DNA of 64,000 nucleotides from Bacteroidota bacterium (GTDB lineage Bacteria > Bacteroidota > Bacteroidia > Bacteroidales > CAIXZF01): positions 90,654 to 154,653 of the forward strand of contig JAKLIX010000008.1 of the NCBI GenBank assembly GCA_022709385.1, in the 5' to 3' direction. A program made the translations under genes and the position numbers. How positions within the stretch are numbered: the first letter of the stretch is position 1; each line of letters opens with the position of its first letter. The notes under the pieces were generated by a model. The model saw only the letters and a list, made by a program, of their open reading frames with translations. It did no database searches and was not told the DNA's origin. Of the stretch, positions 35,224 to 44,407 are shown piece after piece.

Positions 35224-36471
35224 ATGAATGCTTTAAGAAAAAAAGTATACCTGGTTGCCGGATATAATACCATCTCCATGGGGACTGGACGGAAAGAATT
35301 CAATCCGAAGAAAGAACGGCCCGGGCTGGAGCAATACATCACGGAAGCCGGGCAGGCCACGCTGAAGATGATAGGCGGGGCTGACAAGGTTGATGAATGT
35401 GTGATCGGCAATTTCATTGCATCCCGTTTCAACGGGCAGGCGAACATGGCGGCCTTTTTTCCGATGATAGACCCCGGTTTGCGTTACAAGCCTGCCACCA
35501 GGGTGGAAGGGGCCTGTGCGACAGGCAGTCTGGCCGTCCTGGCCGGCGTAAAGAGCGTACTGGCCGAAACAGCCGATGTGGTGCTGGTGATCGGTGTGGA
35601 AGTCCAGAATACGGTGAAAGCCATCTATGGTGCCGATTATCTGGCCGCAGCCGGATGGGCCAAAGACCGGAAGGCAGGGCACGCCTATTTTTTCCCCGGA
35701 CAGTTCAGTGAGCGTGCAGGTGCTTATTTTGAGAAATACGGCAGGGACAGAACGCGCCAGGCATTTGCCCGCTGGTTCAGAAATGCCGTCGAGAATGCAA
35801 GGCTTTGTCCTACCGCCCAGGAATACCACAATACAGCGGCAGAACTTGAAAAACTTGCCCTGATGGAACCCAACGGCAAAGTATTTGTCGATCACCTGAA
35901 CGTTTTCGACTGTTCCAAGGTGAGCGACGGCGCCTCGGCCATTGCAGTCGTATCTGAAGAAGGACTGAAACGCATCGGCATTCCGCTTTCGGAAGCCGTG
36001 GAAGTGGTGTCCTTCGGCCATGTGGAGGAAGATATCACCAAACCTCCGGTCGACCGTACCGCGCTGACCACTTTCGCTGCCGCTGCCAGACAGGCACTCG
36101 ACAGGGCAGGAATCAGCATTCATCAGGTGGCTACAGCAGAAGTGCACGACTGCTTCACCATTGCCGGTATCATGGCCGTGGAAGCCATCGGCCTGGCAGA
36201 AGCAGGAAAAGGGCCCGACTTTGTCTCCGCCGGTCATACCGCCCGCGACGGAAAGTTCCCCATCAACACCACCGGCGGACTGATCGGCTGGGGCCACCCC
36301 ACCGGCGGTACCGGGGTTCATATGGCGGTTACCCTCTGGGAACAGCTGACCGCTAAGGCCGGGGACAACCAGATTACGATTCCCCCTGACAGGCCTTATG
36401 GGCTGTCGGTGAATATGGGCGGCGATGATAAAACCCTGGTAGCTTTTGTAATAAAATCTGCAACTGCCTGA
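35224..36471 (+). CDS. thiolase-domain protein (acetyl-CoA acetyltransferase / SCP-x-type)
   Basis: Active-site-like 'EGACATGSLAV', 'EVHDCFT', and 'GGLIGWGHPTGGTG'. Confidence 0.8.
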   Translation: MNALRKKVYLVAGYNTISMGTGRKEFNPKKERPGLEQYITEAGQATLKMIGGADKVDECVIGNFIASRFNGQANMAAFFPMIDPGLRYKPATRVEGACATGSLAVLAGVKSVLAETADVVLVIGVEVQNTVKAIYGADYLAAAGWAKDRKAGHAYFFPGQFSERAGAYFEKYGRDRTRQAFARWFRNAVENARLCPTAQEYHNTAAELEKLALMEPNGKVFVDHLNVFDCSKVSDGASAIAVVSEEGLKRIGIPLSEAVEVVSFGHVEEDITKPPVDRTALTTFAAAARQALDRAGISIHQVATAEVHDCFTIAGIMAVEAIGLAEAGKGPDFVSAGHTARDGKFPINTTGGLIGWGHPTGGTGVHMAVTLWEQLTAKAGDNQITIPPDRPYGLSVNMGGDDKTLVAFVIKSATA

Positions 36472-36579
36472 TTATTATCATTTAAATCACTACCGGCAAT
36501 CCCTGTGGGGTTGCGGAATCTGAAGCATTGACTGAAAGGCTGCCGGAAAAAGTTCCGGTTTGCCGAAGTGTTTGACCAC

Positions 36580-37542
36580 ATGGGTAATCAAAGTACAAAC
36601 CGCATTAATACACTGTTCGGAATCGATGTTCCCGTCATCCAGGCAGGGATGATCTGGTGTTCAGGCTGGAAGCTGGCATCGGCCGTTTCAGAAGCGGGAG
36701 GACTCGGACTTATCGGTGCCGGTTCGATGCATCCTGATGTGCTCGGGGCCCATATCCGCAAATGCAGGGCAGCCACATCAAAACCTTTCGGAGTGAATCT
36801 TCCGCTCATCTATCCGCAGGTGGAAGAGGCCCTGGATATCATCGTCAGCAATGGCGTAAAAATTATTTTCACTTCGGCAGGAAATCCCGTCCGTTTTACC
36901 GGAATGCTGAAACAACAGGGCATCACAGTGGTTCACGTGGTAGCAAACCTGAAATCAGCCGTCAAATGCGAAGAAGCAGGTGTGGATGCCATTGTGGCGG
37001 AGGGTTTTGAAGCCGGAGGACACAACGGTAAGGAAGAAACCACCACCATGGTGCTGATCCCGCTGATCAGGGAAAACACCGGCCTGCCTTTGATTGCTGC
37101 CGGCGGTATCGCAGGCGGAAGATCCATGCTGGCGGCCATGGTACTCGGAGCAGAGGGTGTTCAGATCGGTTCACTCTTTGCCGCTTCGGAAGAATCTTCG
37201 GCTCACCCCGCCTTTAAAAACAGAATTGTTGCAACCGGGGACGGGGATACCCTGCTGACCATGAAAAAAGTAATCCCCGTGAGGCTGATAAAAAACAGCT
37301 TTTTTGAACGTGTTCACCAGATGGAAAGCCAGGGCGCCACGACAGAGGAAATTAAATCCTTTCTGGGCCGCGGCAGAGCCAAAAAGGGCATGTTTGAAGG
37401 AGATCTGGAAGAAGGAGAACTGGAGATCGGACAGGTGGCAGCCCTGATCAGGGAAATAAAACCGGCTGCCTCCATCCTGAAGGAAATCATTGAAGAATAC
37501 CGGCAGGCAATACAAGAACACTGCATTCAGCAACAGTTTTGA
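36580..37542 (+). CDS. nitronate monooxygenase / FabK-like FMN oxidoreductase
   Basis: 'DVPVIQAGMIWCSGWKLASAVSEAGGLGLIG', 'IVAEGFEAGGHNG', 'IAAGGIAGG'. ATG at 36580 preferred over GTG at 36568. Confidence 0.8.
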   Translation: MGNQSTNRINTLFGIDVPVIQAGMIWCSGWKLASAVSEAGGLGLIGAGSMHPDVLGAHIRKCRAATSKPFGVNLPLIYPQVEEALDIIVSNGVKIIFTSAGNPVRFTGMLKQQGITVVHVVANLKSAVKCEEAGVDAIVAEGFEAGGHNGKEETTTMVLIPLIRENTGLPLIAAGGIAGGRSMLAAMVLGAEGVQIGSLFAASEESSAHPAFKNRIVATGDGDTLLTMKKVIPVRLIKNSFFERVHQMESQGATTEEIKSFLGRGRAKKGMFEGDLEEGELEIGQVAALIREIKPAASILKEIIEEYRQAIQEHCIQQQF

Positions 37543-37586
37543 AAAATATCTGTAAATACTGAACACCAAACCAAAAACAAAAAAAT

Positions 37587-38729
37587 ATGGATTTCAATTT
37601 CACTGAAGAACAGATCATGATCCAGCAAAGTGCACGCGATTACGCACAAAGGGAACTGATCAAAGACGTACTGGAAAGAGATGCCAAGGCTGAGTATCCG
37701 GCACATCATGTCAAAGCACTGGCAGAACTGGGTTTCCTGGGTATGCTGGTCTCTACCGAATGGGACGGAGGCGGAATGGATACCGTCTCTTACGTGCTTG
37801 CCATGGAAGAAATCTCAAAAGTTGACTCCTCGGTTTCCGTGATCATGTCAGTGAACAATTCACTGGTTTGTTACGGTATCGAATCCTTCGGAACAACCGA
37901 ACAAAAAGAAAAATGGCTTCGTCCTCTTGCCAGAGGCGAACAAATCGGGGCATTTCTGCTTTCAGAACCGGAAGCAGGCTCCGATGCCACTTCCCAAAGA
38001 ACACTGGCCACCGACATGGGTGATCATTACCTGGTGAACGGCACCAAAAACTGGATTACCAATGCCAACTCGGCCGAAACTTATCTGCTCATCGCCCAGA
38101 CACACCCGGAGAAAGGACACAAAGGAATCAACGTACTGCTGGTCGACCGCCATGCTCCCGGTATCAGCCTCGGCCCTCACGAAGACAAGATGGGAATGAG
38201 AAGCTCCGACACCCATTCTGTGATGTTTACCGATGTGAAAGTACCCAAGGGAAACCGGATCGGTGAAGACGGATTTGGCTTTAAATTCGCCATGAAGACC
38301 CTGGAAGGCGGACGCATCGGCATCGCCGCACAGGCACTCGGTATCGCACAGGGCGCCTATGAAAGATCCGTCCAGTACGCCAAAGACCGCAAAGCTTTCG
38401 GCACTCAGATCATCAATCACCAGGCCATCGGTTTTAAACTGGCTGAAATGAGAATCAGAATTGAAGCCGCCAGGTATTTCTGCCTGAAGGCCGCCTGGCT
38501 GAAAGACCAGCACCTTCCCTACGGAATCGCCAGCGCCATGGCCAAGTATTACGCAGCAGAAACCGCGATGTATGTCACCACTGAAGCCGTCCAGATACAC
38601 GGTGGCTACGGCTATGTGAAGGAATACCACGTGGAAAGGCTGATGAGGGAGGCAAAACTCACCCAGATCTACGAAGGAACCAGCGAAATCCAGCAAATCA
38701 TCATCTCCAGGGATATCATGGCAGAGTAA
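37587..38729 (+). CDS. acyl-CoA dehydrogenase (short-chain/butyryl-CoA type)
   Basis: 'GAFLLSEPEAGSDA', 'KNWITNA', 'QIHGGYGYVKEYHVERLMREAKLTQIYEGTSEIQ'. Confidence 0.92.
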   Translation: MDFNFTEEQIMIQQSARDYAQRELIKDVLERDAKAEYPAHHVKALAELGFLGMLVSTEWDGGGMDTVSYVLAMEEISKVDSSVSVIMSVNNSLVCYGIESFGTTEQKEKWLRPLARGEQIGAFLLSEPEAGSDATSQRTLATDMGDHYLVNGTKNWITNANSAETYLLIAQTHPEKGHKGINVLLVDRHAPGISLGPHEDKMGMRSSDTHSVMFTDVKVPKGNRIGEDGFGFKFAMKTLEGGRIGIAAQALGIAQGAYERSVQYAKDRKAFGTQIINHQAIGFKLAEMRIRIEAARYFCLKAAWLKDQHLPYGIASAMAKYYAAETAMYVTTEAVQIHGGYGYVKEYHVERLMREAKLTQIYEGTSEIQQIIISRDIMAE

Positions 38730-38780
38730 GGGCGAGCGACCTTTCACCCCTGACCTGCCTTACCATTTAACCCAAGGCCC

Positions 38781-41700
38781 ATGACAGAAGTCGAACCCCA
38801 CAAAGCAAGGCACCATGTCCGTATCGTCACAGCCGCTTCGCTGTTCGACGGACACGATGCAGCAATTAACATCATGAGGAGAATACTCCAGGCAACCGGT
38901 GTGGAGGTGATCCACCTCGGTCACGACCGGTCAGTGCAGGAAATCGTCGATTGCGCCATTCAGGAAGACGTACAGGCAATCGCCATCACCTCATACCAGG
39001 GTGGTCATATGGAGTTTTTTCAATATATGTACGACCTGCTTCAGGAGAAAAACTGCGGCCATATCAAAATCGTGGGCGGCGGAGGCGGTGTGATCCTGCC
39101 GGATGAAATCGACGCATTGCACGCGTATGGCATCTCCCGCATATTCTCACCGGATGACGGAAGAAACATGGGACTCCAGGGAATGATCAACCAGGTGGTG
39201 AAAGAAGCAGATTTTGAAACAGTAACCCCATCACCTGATGTATTCACGCTTCTGCTGAATGAACTCCATGACAACTCCAACGATATCCTGAACATCAGAA
39301 AGATAAGGACAATTGCCCAATGGATCAGCCTTGCCGAAAATTATCAGAAGGAATCAGAACCCTATGTGAGAAAACTCGCGCCACCGCCTGAAAAAATCAC
39401 CCCGGTACTCGGAATCACCGGAACAGGTGGAGCGGGGAAGTCATCCCTGGTGGATGAACTTGTCAGACGCTTTCTTGCAGACTTCGAGGATAAATCACTG
39501 GCAATTATATCAGTAGATCCGACAAAACGAAAAACGGGAGGAGCACTCCTGGGTGACCGCATCCGGATGAACGCGATCTTTAATCCGAGGGTTTATATGC
39601 GTTCGCTGGCTACGCGCCAGTCGAACATCTCCCTGTCAAAATCAGTGAAAGACGCCACCCAGGTTCTGAAAGCGGCCGGATTCGACCTCATCCTGATCGA
39701 GACCTCCGGTATCGGGCAATCCGACTCCGAAATCGTCGATCACAGCGATCTGACCATGTATGTCATGACACCTGAATACGGCGCCGCAAGCCAGCTTGAA
39801 AAAATCGACATGCTGGATTTCGCCGACATCGTGGCGATCAACAAGGCCGATAAAAGAGGTGCAGCGGATGCCATCCGGGATGTAAAAAAGCAATACCAGC
39901 GTAACCACAAGCTGTTTCACCTGGATCCCGCCGATATGCCGGTTTATGCAACAGTTGCGTCCCAATTCAACGACCATGGCGTTAACATCCTTTATAAAGC
40001 CCTGATGGACCTGCTGGAACAAAAAACAGGCGCGGTCTTTCATTCATCTTACCAGCCTCCGGAGGAAGCCAAAGAAAAGATCAACATTATCCCCCCCTCC
40101 AGAACGAGATACCTTGCGGAGATTGCAGAAACAGTGAGGGAGTATAACCGCTATGCAGCGCAGCAGGCGGCAATTGCCGAACAGCTCTGCCACCTGAGGC
40201 AGACCATGGAGGTTCTGAAACAGGAACAGGAAAACAGCACCGGAAGTAAGGATGAAGACTTGCACAGGATCTCCGCCGGCCTCAGCAAGAGGCTCGATGC
40301 GGATAATCTCCTGCAGTTGGAAAAATGGCAACAAAAAGCCGAAGCCTACCGGCAGGAAACATTCTGTTACCAGGTCAGGGATAAGCAAGTTTGCGTGGAA
40401 ACCCACACAGAATCGCTTTCTCATCTGAAGATCCCTAAAATTTGCATGCCGCGCTACTCTTCATGGGGCGATCGCCTGCGGTGGCTCCTGAAGGAAAACG
40501 TGCCTGGAGAATTTCCCTACGCTGCAGGCGTATTCCCGTTCAAAAGGGAGGCAGAAGATCCTACCAGGATGTTCGCCGGTGAGGGTGGACCCGAACGCAC
40601 GAACAAACGCTTTCATTACCTCTCCCTTGGTATGCCTGCCGTAAGGCTTTCCACGGCCTTCGACAGCGTGACCCTTTACGGCAACGACCCCGGACTTCGC
40701 CCCGATATTTACGGAAAAATCGGAAATTCCGGCGTGTCGATCGCCTGCCTCGATGATGCCAAAAAACTGTATTCCGGGTTTAACCTCATGGATCCCAAGA
40801 CTTCAGTTTCAATGACAATCAACGGGCCGGCACCCTCCCTGGTGGGTTATTTTATGAATGCCGCCATCGACCAGCAATGCGAATTGTATATCAGAAAAAA
40901 CGGGCTGCTGTCACAAACCGAATCCCTTATCAACAAAATATATCAGGAAAGAGGAACCGCCAGGCCTGCTTACCAGGGAAACCTGCCGGAGGGTAACGAC
41001 GGGCTCGGGCTGCTCCTCCTCGGTGTAACGGGTGACATGGTTCTTGACAGAGAAACCTACGAGAAAATCAAAGCCGAAACCCTTTCTCAGGTAAGAGGAA
41101 CAGTGCAGGCTGATATCCTGAAGGAGGACCAGGCCCAAAACACCTGTATCTTTTCCACGGATTTCGCGCTCAAGATGATGGGGGATGTGCAGGAGTATTT
41201 CATCAATAATAACGTCAGGAATTTTTACTCTGTCAGCATCTCCGGATACCACATTGCCGAAGCAGGGGCAAATCCGCTCACCCAGCTTGCATTCACCCTT
41301 GCCAACGGCTTCACCTATGTCGAATACTACGCAAGCAGGGGCATGGATGTAAACAAATTCGCACCCAACCTCTCGTTTTTCTTTTCCAATGGCATCGATC
41401 CTGAATATGCCGTCATGGGAAGAGTGGCCAGGCTGATCTGGGCCAAAGCAATGAAATACAAGTATAAAGCGAACGCACGATCGCAGATGCTGAAGTATCA
41501 TATTCAGACATCAGGCCGCTCGCTTCATGCCCAGGAAATCGACTTTAACGATATCCGCACAACCCTGCAGGCCCTGTATGCCATCTATGATAACTGCAAC
41601 TCATTGCATACCAACGCCTACGACGAGGCTATCACCACGCCTACCGAAGAAAGCGTCAGAAGGGCCATGGCTATTCAAATGATCATCAATCATGAACTCG

Positions 41701-42194
41701 GACTGGCAAAAAACCAGAACCCGCTGCAGGGATCGTTTATCATTGAAGAACTGACCGACCTTGTAGAGGAGGCAGTATTAAAAGAATTCGAGCGCATCTC
41801 AGAAAGAGGAGGAGTGCTCGGCGCCATGGAAACCATGTACCAGCGAAGCCGCATCCAGGAAGAATCACTGTACTATGAAACAATGAAACACAGCGGAAAA
41901 CTTCCCATCATGGGCGTCAATACCTTCCTTTCCTCCAAAGGTTCCCCGACAGTGATCCCCGGCGAGGTGATCCGGGCTACCGAAACGGAAAAAAACTACC
42001 AGATCGGAATGCTCGATGCCCTTCATCAGACCTGGCCTGCCGAAGCGGCCAAAAGCCTGGACGAACTGAAACACGCTGCCCTGCAAAACAAAAACATCTT
42101 TGAGAGCCTGATGGATGCGACCAAAGTCTGCTCAATCGGACAAATCACCAATGCCCTCTTCGATGTCGGAGGAAAATACAGGCGGAATATGTAA
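38781..42194 (+). CDS. icmF: fused isobutyryl-CoA mutase (B12-binding + MeaB-like GTPase + mutase domains)
   Basis: N-terminal B12-binding 'DGHDAAINI'. G-protein P-loop '[17 protein letters not shown]' with 'NKADK'. The C-terminal methylmalonyl-CoA-mutase-like TIM barrel region gives the IcmF domain order. Confidence 0.88.
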   Translation: MTEVEPHKARHHVRIVTAASLFDGHDAAINIMRRILQATGVEVIHLGHDRSVQEIVDCAIQEDVQAIAITSYQGGHMEFFQYMYDLLQEKNCGHIKIVGGGGGVILPDEIDALHAYGISRIFSPDDGRNMGLQGMINQVVKEADFETVTPSPDVFTLLLNELHDNSNDILNIRKIRTIAQWISLAENYQKESEPYVRKLAPPPEKITPVLGITGTGGAGKSSLVDELVRRFLADFEDKSLAIISVDPTKRKTGGALLGDRIRMNAIFNPRVYMRSLATRQSNISLSKSVKDATQVLKAAGFDLILIETSGIGQSDSEIVDHSDLTMYVMTPEYGAASQLEKIDMLDFADIVAINKADKRGAADAIRDVKKQYQRNHKLFHLDPADMPVYATVASQFNDHGVNILYKALMDLLEQKTGAVFHSSYQPPEEAKEKINIIPPSRTRYLAEIAETVREYNRYAAQQAAIAEQLCHLRQTMEVLKQEQENSTGSKDEDLHRISAGLSKRLDADNLLQLEKWQQKAEAYRQETFCYQVRDKQVCVETHTESLSHLKIPKICMPRYSSWGDRLRWLLKENVPGEFPYAAGVFPFKREAEDPTRMFAGEGGPERTNKRFHYLSLGMPAVRLSTAFDSVTLYGNDPGLRPDIYGKIGNSGVSIACLDDAKKLYSGFNLMDPKTSVSMTINGPAPSLVGYFMNAAIDQQCELYIRKNGLLSQTESLINKIYQERGTARPAYQGNLPEGNDGLGLLLLGVTGDMVLDRETYEKIKAETLSQVRGTVQADILKEDQAQNTCIFSTDFALKMMGDVQEYFINNNVRNFYSVSISGYHIAEAGANPLTQLAFTLANGFTYVEYYASRGMDVNKFAPNLSFFFSNGIDPEYAVMGRVARLIWAKAMKYKYKANARSQMLKYHIQTSGRSLHAQEIDFNDIRTTLQALYAIYDNCNSLHTNAYDEAITTPTEESVRRAMAIQMIINHELGLAKNQNPLQGSFIIEELTDLVEEAVLKEFERISERGGVLGAMETMYQRSRIQEESLYYETMKHSGKLPIMGVNTFLSSKGSPTVIPGEVIRATETEKNYQIGMLDALHQTWPAEAAKSLDELKHAALQNKNIFESLMDATKVCSIGQITNALFDVGGKYRRNM

Positions 42195-42255
42195 TGCAGG
42201 AAAAATTTCTACCTTAATTTTGTAATCCAACTTACGGGCCAGAAAAAAGCAACGC

Positions 42256-43335
42256 ATGAATACTTTTAACATCCTAGTAGTCAATCCCAAAGACAGGCTG
42301 ACACAAATAGCGGTTTATGACAACCACAAACTGCTTTACCTGATCAACCGCAAACACAGCGGAGACGACCTGGCAGAATTCAGGAAGATCACAGATCAGC
42401 TTGAATATCGCAAGAAGATCATAATGAATGAGTTACAAAACAACGAATTTCACTTTGACAAGCTCAGGATCGTGATATCCAGAGGTGGGCTGATCCGTCC
42501 GGTACAGAGCGGGGTGTTTGCTGTTAACGAAGCCATGAAAAAGGATCTTATGGACAGTCCGGTGGGTGAAGACGTGATCAATCTTGGCGGCCTGCTTGCC
42601 GATGCCATCGCAGCAGATTTTCCGGGCGTACTGGCGCTGGTCGCAGATCCGACTGTGGTTGATGAAATGCAGGATGTGGCAAGGGTTACCGGGTATCCTG
42701 ATGTGAAACGCAAATCGATATTCCACGCACTGAGTCAGAAAGCTGTGGCCAAACAGCATGCCGAAATGAATACGAAGAAGTATGAAGATCTGAACCTGAT
42801 CGTTGCCCATCTCGGTAATGGCACTACTGTTGGCGCTCACCGGAAAGGTCGTGTGGTCGATGTGAACCAGGGATTCGACGGAGACGGACCTTTCTCTAAT
42901 GTCAGAAGCGGCAGCCTGCCCATGGGCGAGATCATCAAACTCTGCTTCGACCGGAACATGACCAGGGAACAGGTCACATGCCTGGTTACCCATTGTGGTG
43001 GCCTGAATGCCCACCTCGGTACATCCAACATCAATGAGATTGATAAAAAAATTGAGGAGGGAGACCATCACTTCATTATGATCATCCGGGCGATGGCTTA
43101 CCAGATCGCCAAATCGATCGGCGAAATGTACGCTGTGCTCAAAACGGATGTAGATGCCATTCTCATCACGGGCGACCAGGCATACAGCAGGCACCTTACC
43201 CATTTCATTCTCGAACATGTGGAAAAAATGGCCCCGGTGTTTATCTATCCGGGCGATAACGACGTACAGGCCATGGCTGCCAACGCCAACAGGATACTCA
43301 AAGGAGAAATGAAGATCCTGGATTATGAAGGCTGA
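42256..43335 (+). CDS. butyrate-kinase-like ASKHA protein with degenerate phosphate-binding motifs
   Basis: Collinear with butyrate kinases ('SRGGLIRPVQSGVFAVN', 'KSIFHALSQKAVAK', 'YEDLNLIVAHLG', 'GPFSNVRSGSLP'). The N-terminal 'NPGSTSTK' motif reads 'NPKDRLTQ' here. Confidence 0.75.
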   Translation: MNTFNILVVNPKDRLTQIAVYDNHKLLYLINRKHSGDDLAEFRKITDQLEYRKKIIMNELQNNEFHFDKLRIVISRGGLIRPVQSGVFAVNEAMKKDLMDSPVGEDVINLGGLLADAIAADFPGVLALVADPTVVDEMQDVARVTGYPDVKRKSIFHALSQKAVAKQHAEMNTKKYEDLNLIVAHLGNGTTVGAHRKGRVVDVNQGFDGDGPFSNVRSGSLPMGEIIKLCFDRNMTREQVTCLVTHCGGLNAHLGTSNINEIDKKIEEGDHHFIMIIRAMAYQIAKSIGEMYAVLKTDVDAILITGDQAYSRHLTHFILEHVEKMAPVFIYPGDNDVQAMAANANRILKGEMKILDYEG

Positions 43336-43404
43336 TTGATCATTTCTCATCCTTATTTGTTTATACTCATACCTGACAGGTTTGGATTTATTTAACCTAT
43401 CGCT

Positions 43405-44247
43405 ATGAAATTGCATGCTATAGAAACCGGAAATTTTAAACTCGACGGAGGCGCCATGTTCGGTTCGGTGCCCAAAGTTATCTGGAACCACCTGTATCCT
43501 GCCGATGAGCACAACCTGATCAACCTGTCGATGCGTTGCCTGCTGATCGAAGACGGCGACAGACTTATCCTTCTCGACAACGGGATTGGTGACAAACAAT
43601 CTGAGAAATTTTTCAGTTTCTACTATCTCAACGGTGATTTCAGCCTGAAAAACTCGCTTCATCAGGCTGGATTTGATTTCAGTGATATCACCGATGTGAT
43701 CCTATCCCATCTGCATTTTGACCATTGCGGCGGCAGTGTGAGTCACAATGCTGACCGCACTGGCTGGGTGCCCGCATTCCCAAATGCTACTTTCTGGGTC
43801 ACCAGGGAACAATGGGAGTGGGCTTGTAATCCAAATCCAAAAGAAAAACCATCCTTCCTGAAAGAGAATATCCTGCCATTGCAGGAAAGCGGACAACTGT
43901 CTTTCCTGACCAGTGACACTGTGATCCATCCTGACCTTTCCTTCAGGATCATGAACGGACATACCGACGGACAGATTATCACCCTGGTCAGGTTTAACAA
44001 GCGTACCCTCGCCTTCTGCGCCGACCTGATTCCCACCTCCGCCCATATTCCGCTTGTTTACGTGATGGGGTATGATACAAGGCCCCTCATTACTGTCGAA
44101 GAAAAAACCGGCTTCCTGGAAGAGGCTTCTCTGAACGATTACATCCTCTTCTACGAACACGATCTCAATACCCAGTGCAGTTCAATCCTGCACACTGAGA
44201 AAGGATACAGGAAAGGCGACACTTTCAGCCTGCAGGAGCTTGTCTGA
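43405..44247 (+). CDS. MBL-fold metallo-hydrolase
   Basis: HxHxDH motif 'SHLHFDHCGG'. Confidence 0.85.
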   Translation: MKLHAIETGNFKLDGGAMFGSVPKVIWNHLYPADEHNLINLSMRCLLIEDGDRLILLDNGIGDKQSEKFFSFYYLNGDFSLKNSLHQAGFDFSDITDVILSHLHFDHCGGSVSHNADRTGWVPAFPNATFWVTREQWEWACNPNPKEKPSFLKENILPLQESGQLSFLTSDTVIHPDLSFRIMNGHTDGQIITLVRFNKRTLAFCADLIPTSAHIPLVYVMGYDTRPLITVEEKTGFLEEASLNDYILFYEHDLNTQCSSILHTEKGYRKGDTFSLQELV

Positions 44248-44314
44248 GGCTGATTTTGTTTGAGTTTCAGCGTAACATTTTTCAAAATTTCCTATATAAT
44301 GTTGAATTAATGGG

Positions 44315-44322
44315 TAACTTTG
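44315..44322 (+). promoter_or_regulatory. TAnnTTTG -7 box (TAACTTTG) upstream of the giant surface-protein gene
   Basis: Consensus match 86 nt upstream of the ATG at 44408. Confidence 0.35.
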
Positions 44323-44407
44323 CGCCCGTTTTTTGTGTCTATGTTTTATTCATTTTGTAATAATATGAATGCAACATATCGCTTATAGTCATTAAATCAT
44401 ATCAAAA

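Noticed and set aside
35233-36321. 362-aa ORF on the minus strand
   Set aside because: It lies fully antisense to the well-supported thiolase-like gene. It is Gly/Arg/Pro/His-rich with no motifs, which is typical of a shadow ORF in a GC-rich coding region.
37962-38747. 261-aa minus-strand ORF
   Set aside because: It is antisense to the acyl-CoA dehydrogenase gene, has no motifs, and has skewed composition.
42433-43662. 409-aa ORF on the minus strand
   Set aside because: It runs antisense across the butyrate-kinase-like gene, the intergenic gap and the start of the MBL hydrolase gene. It has no recognisable domain. I treat it as a shadow ORF.
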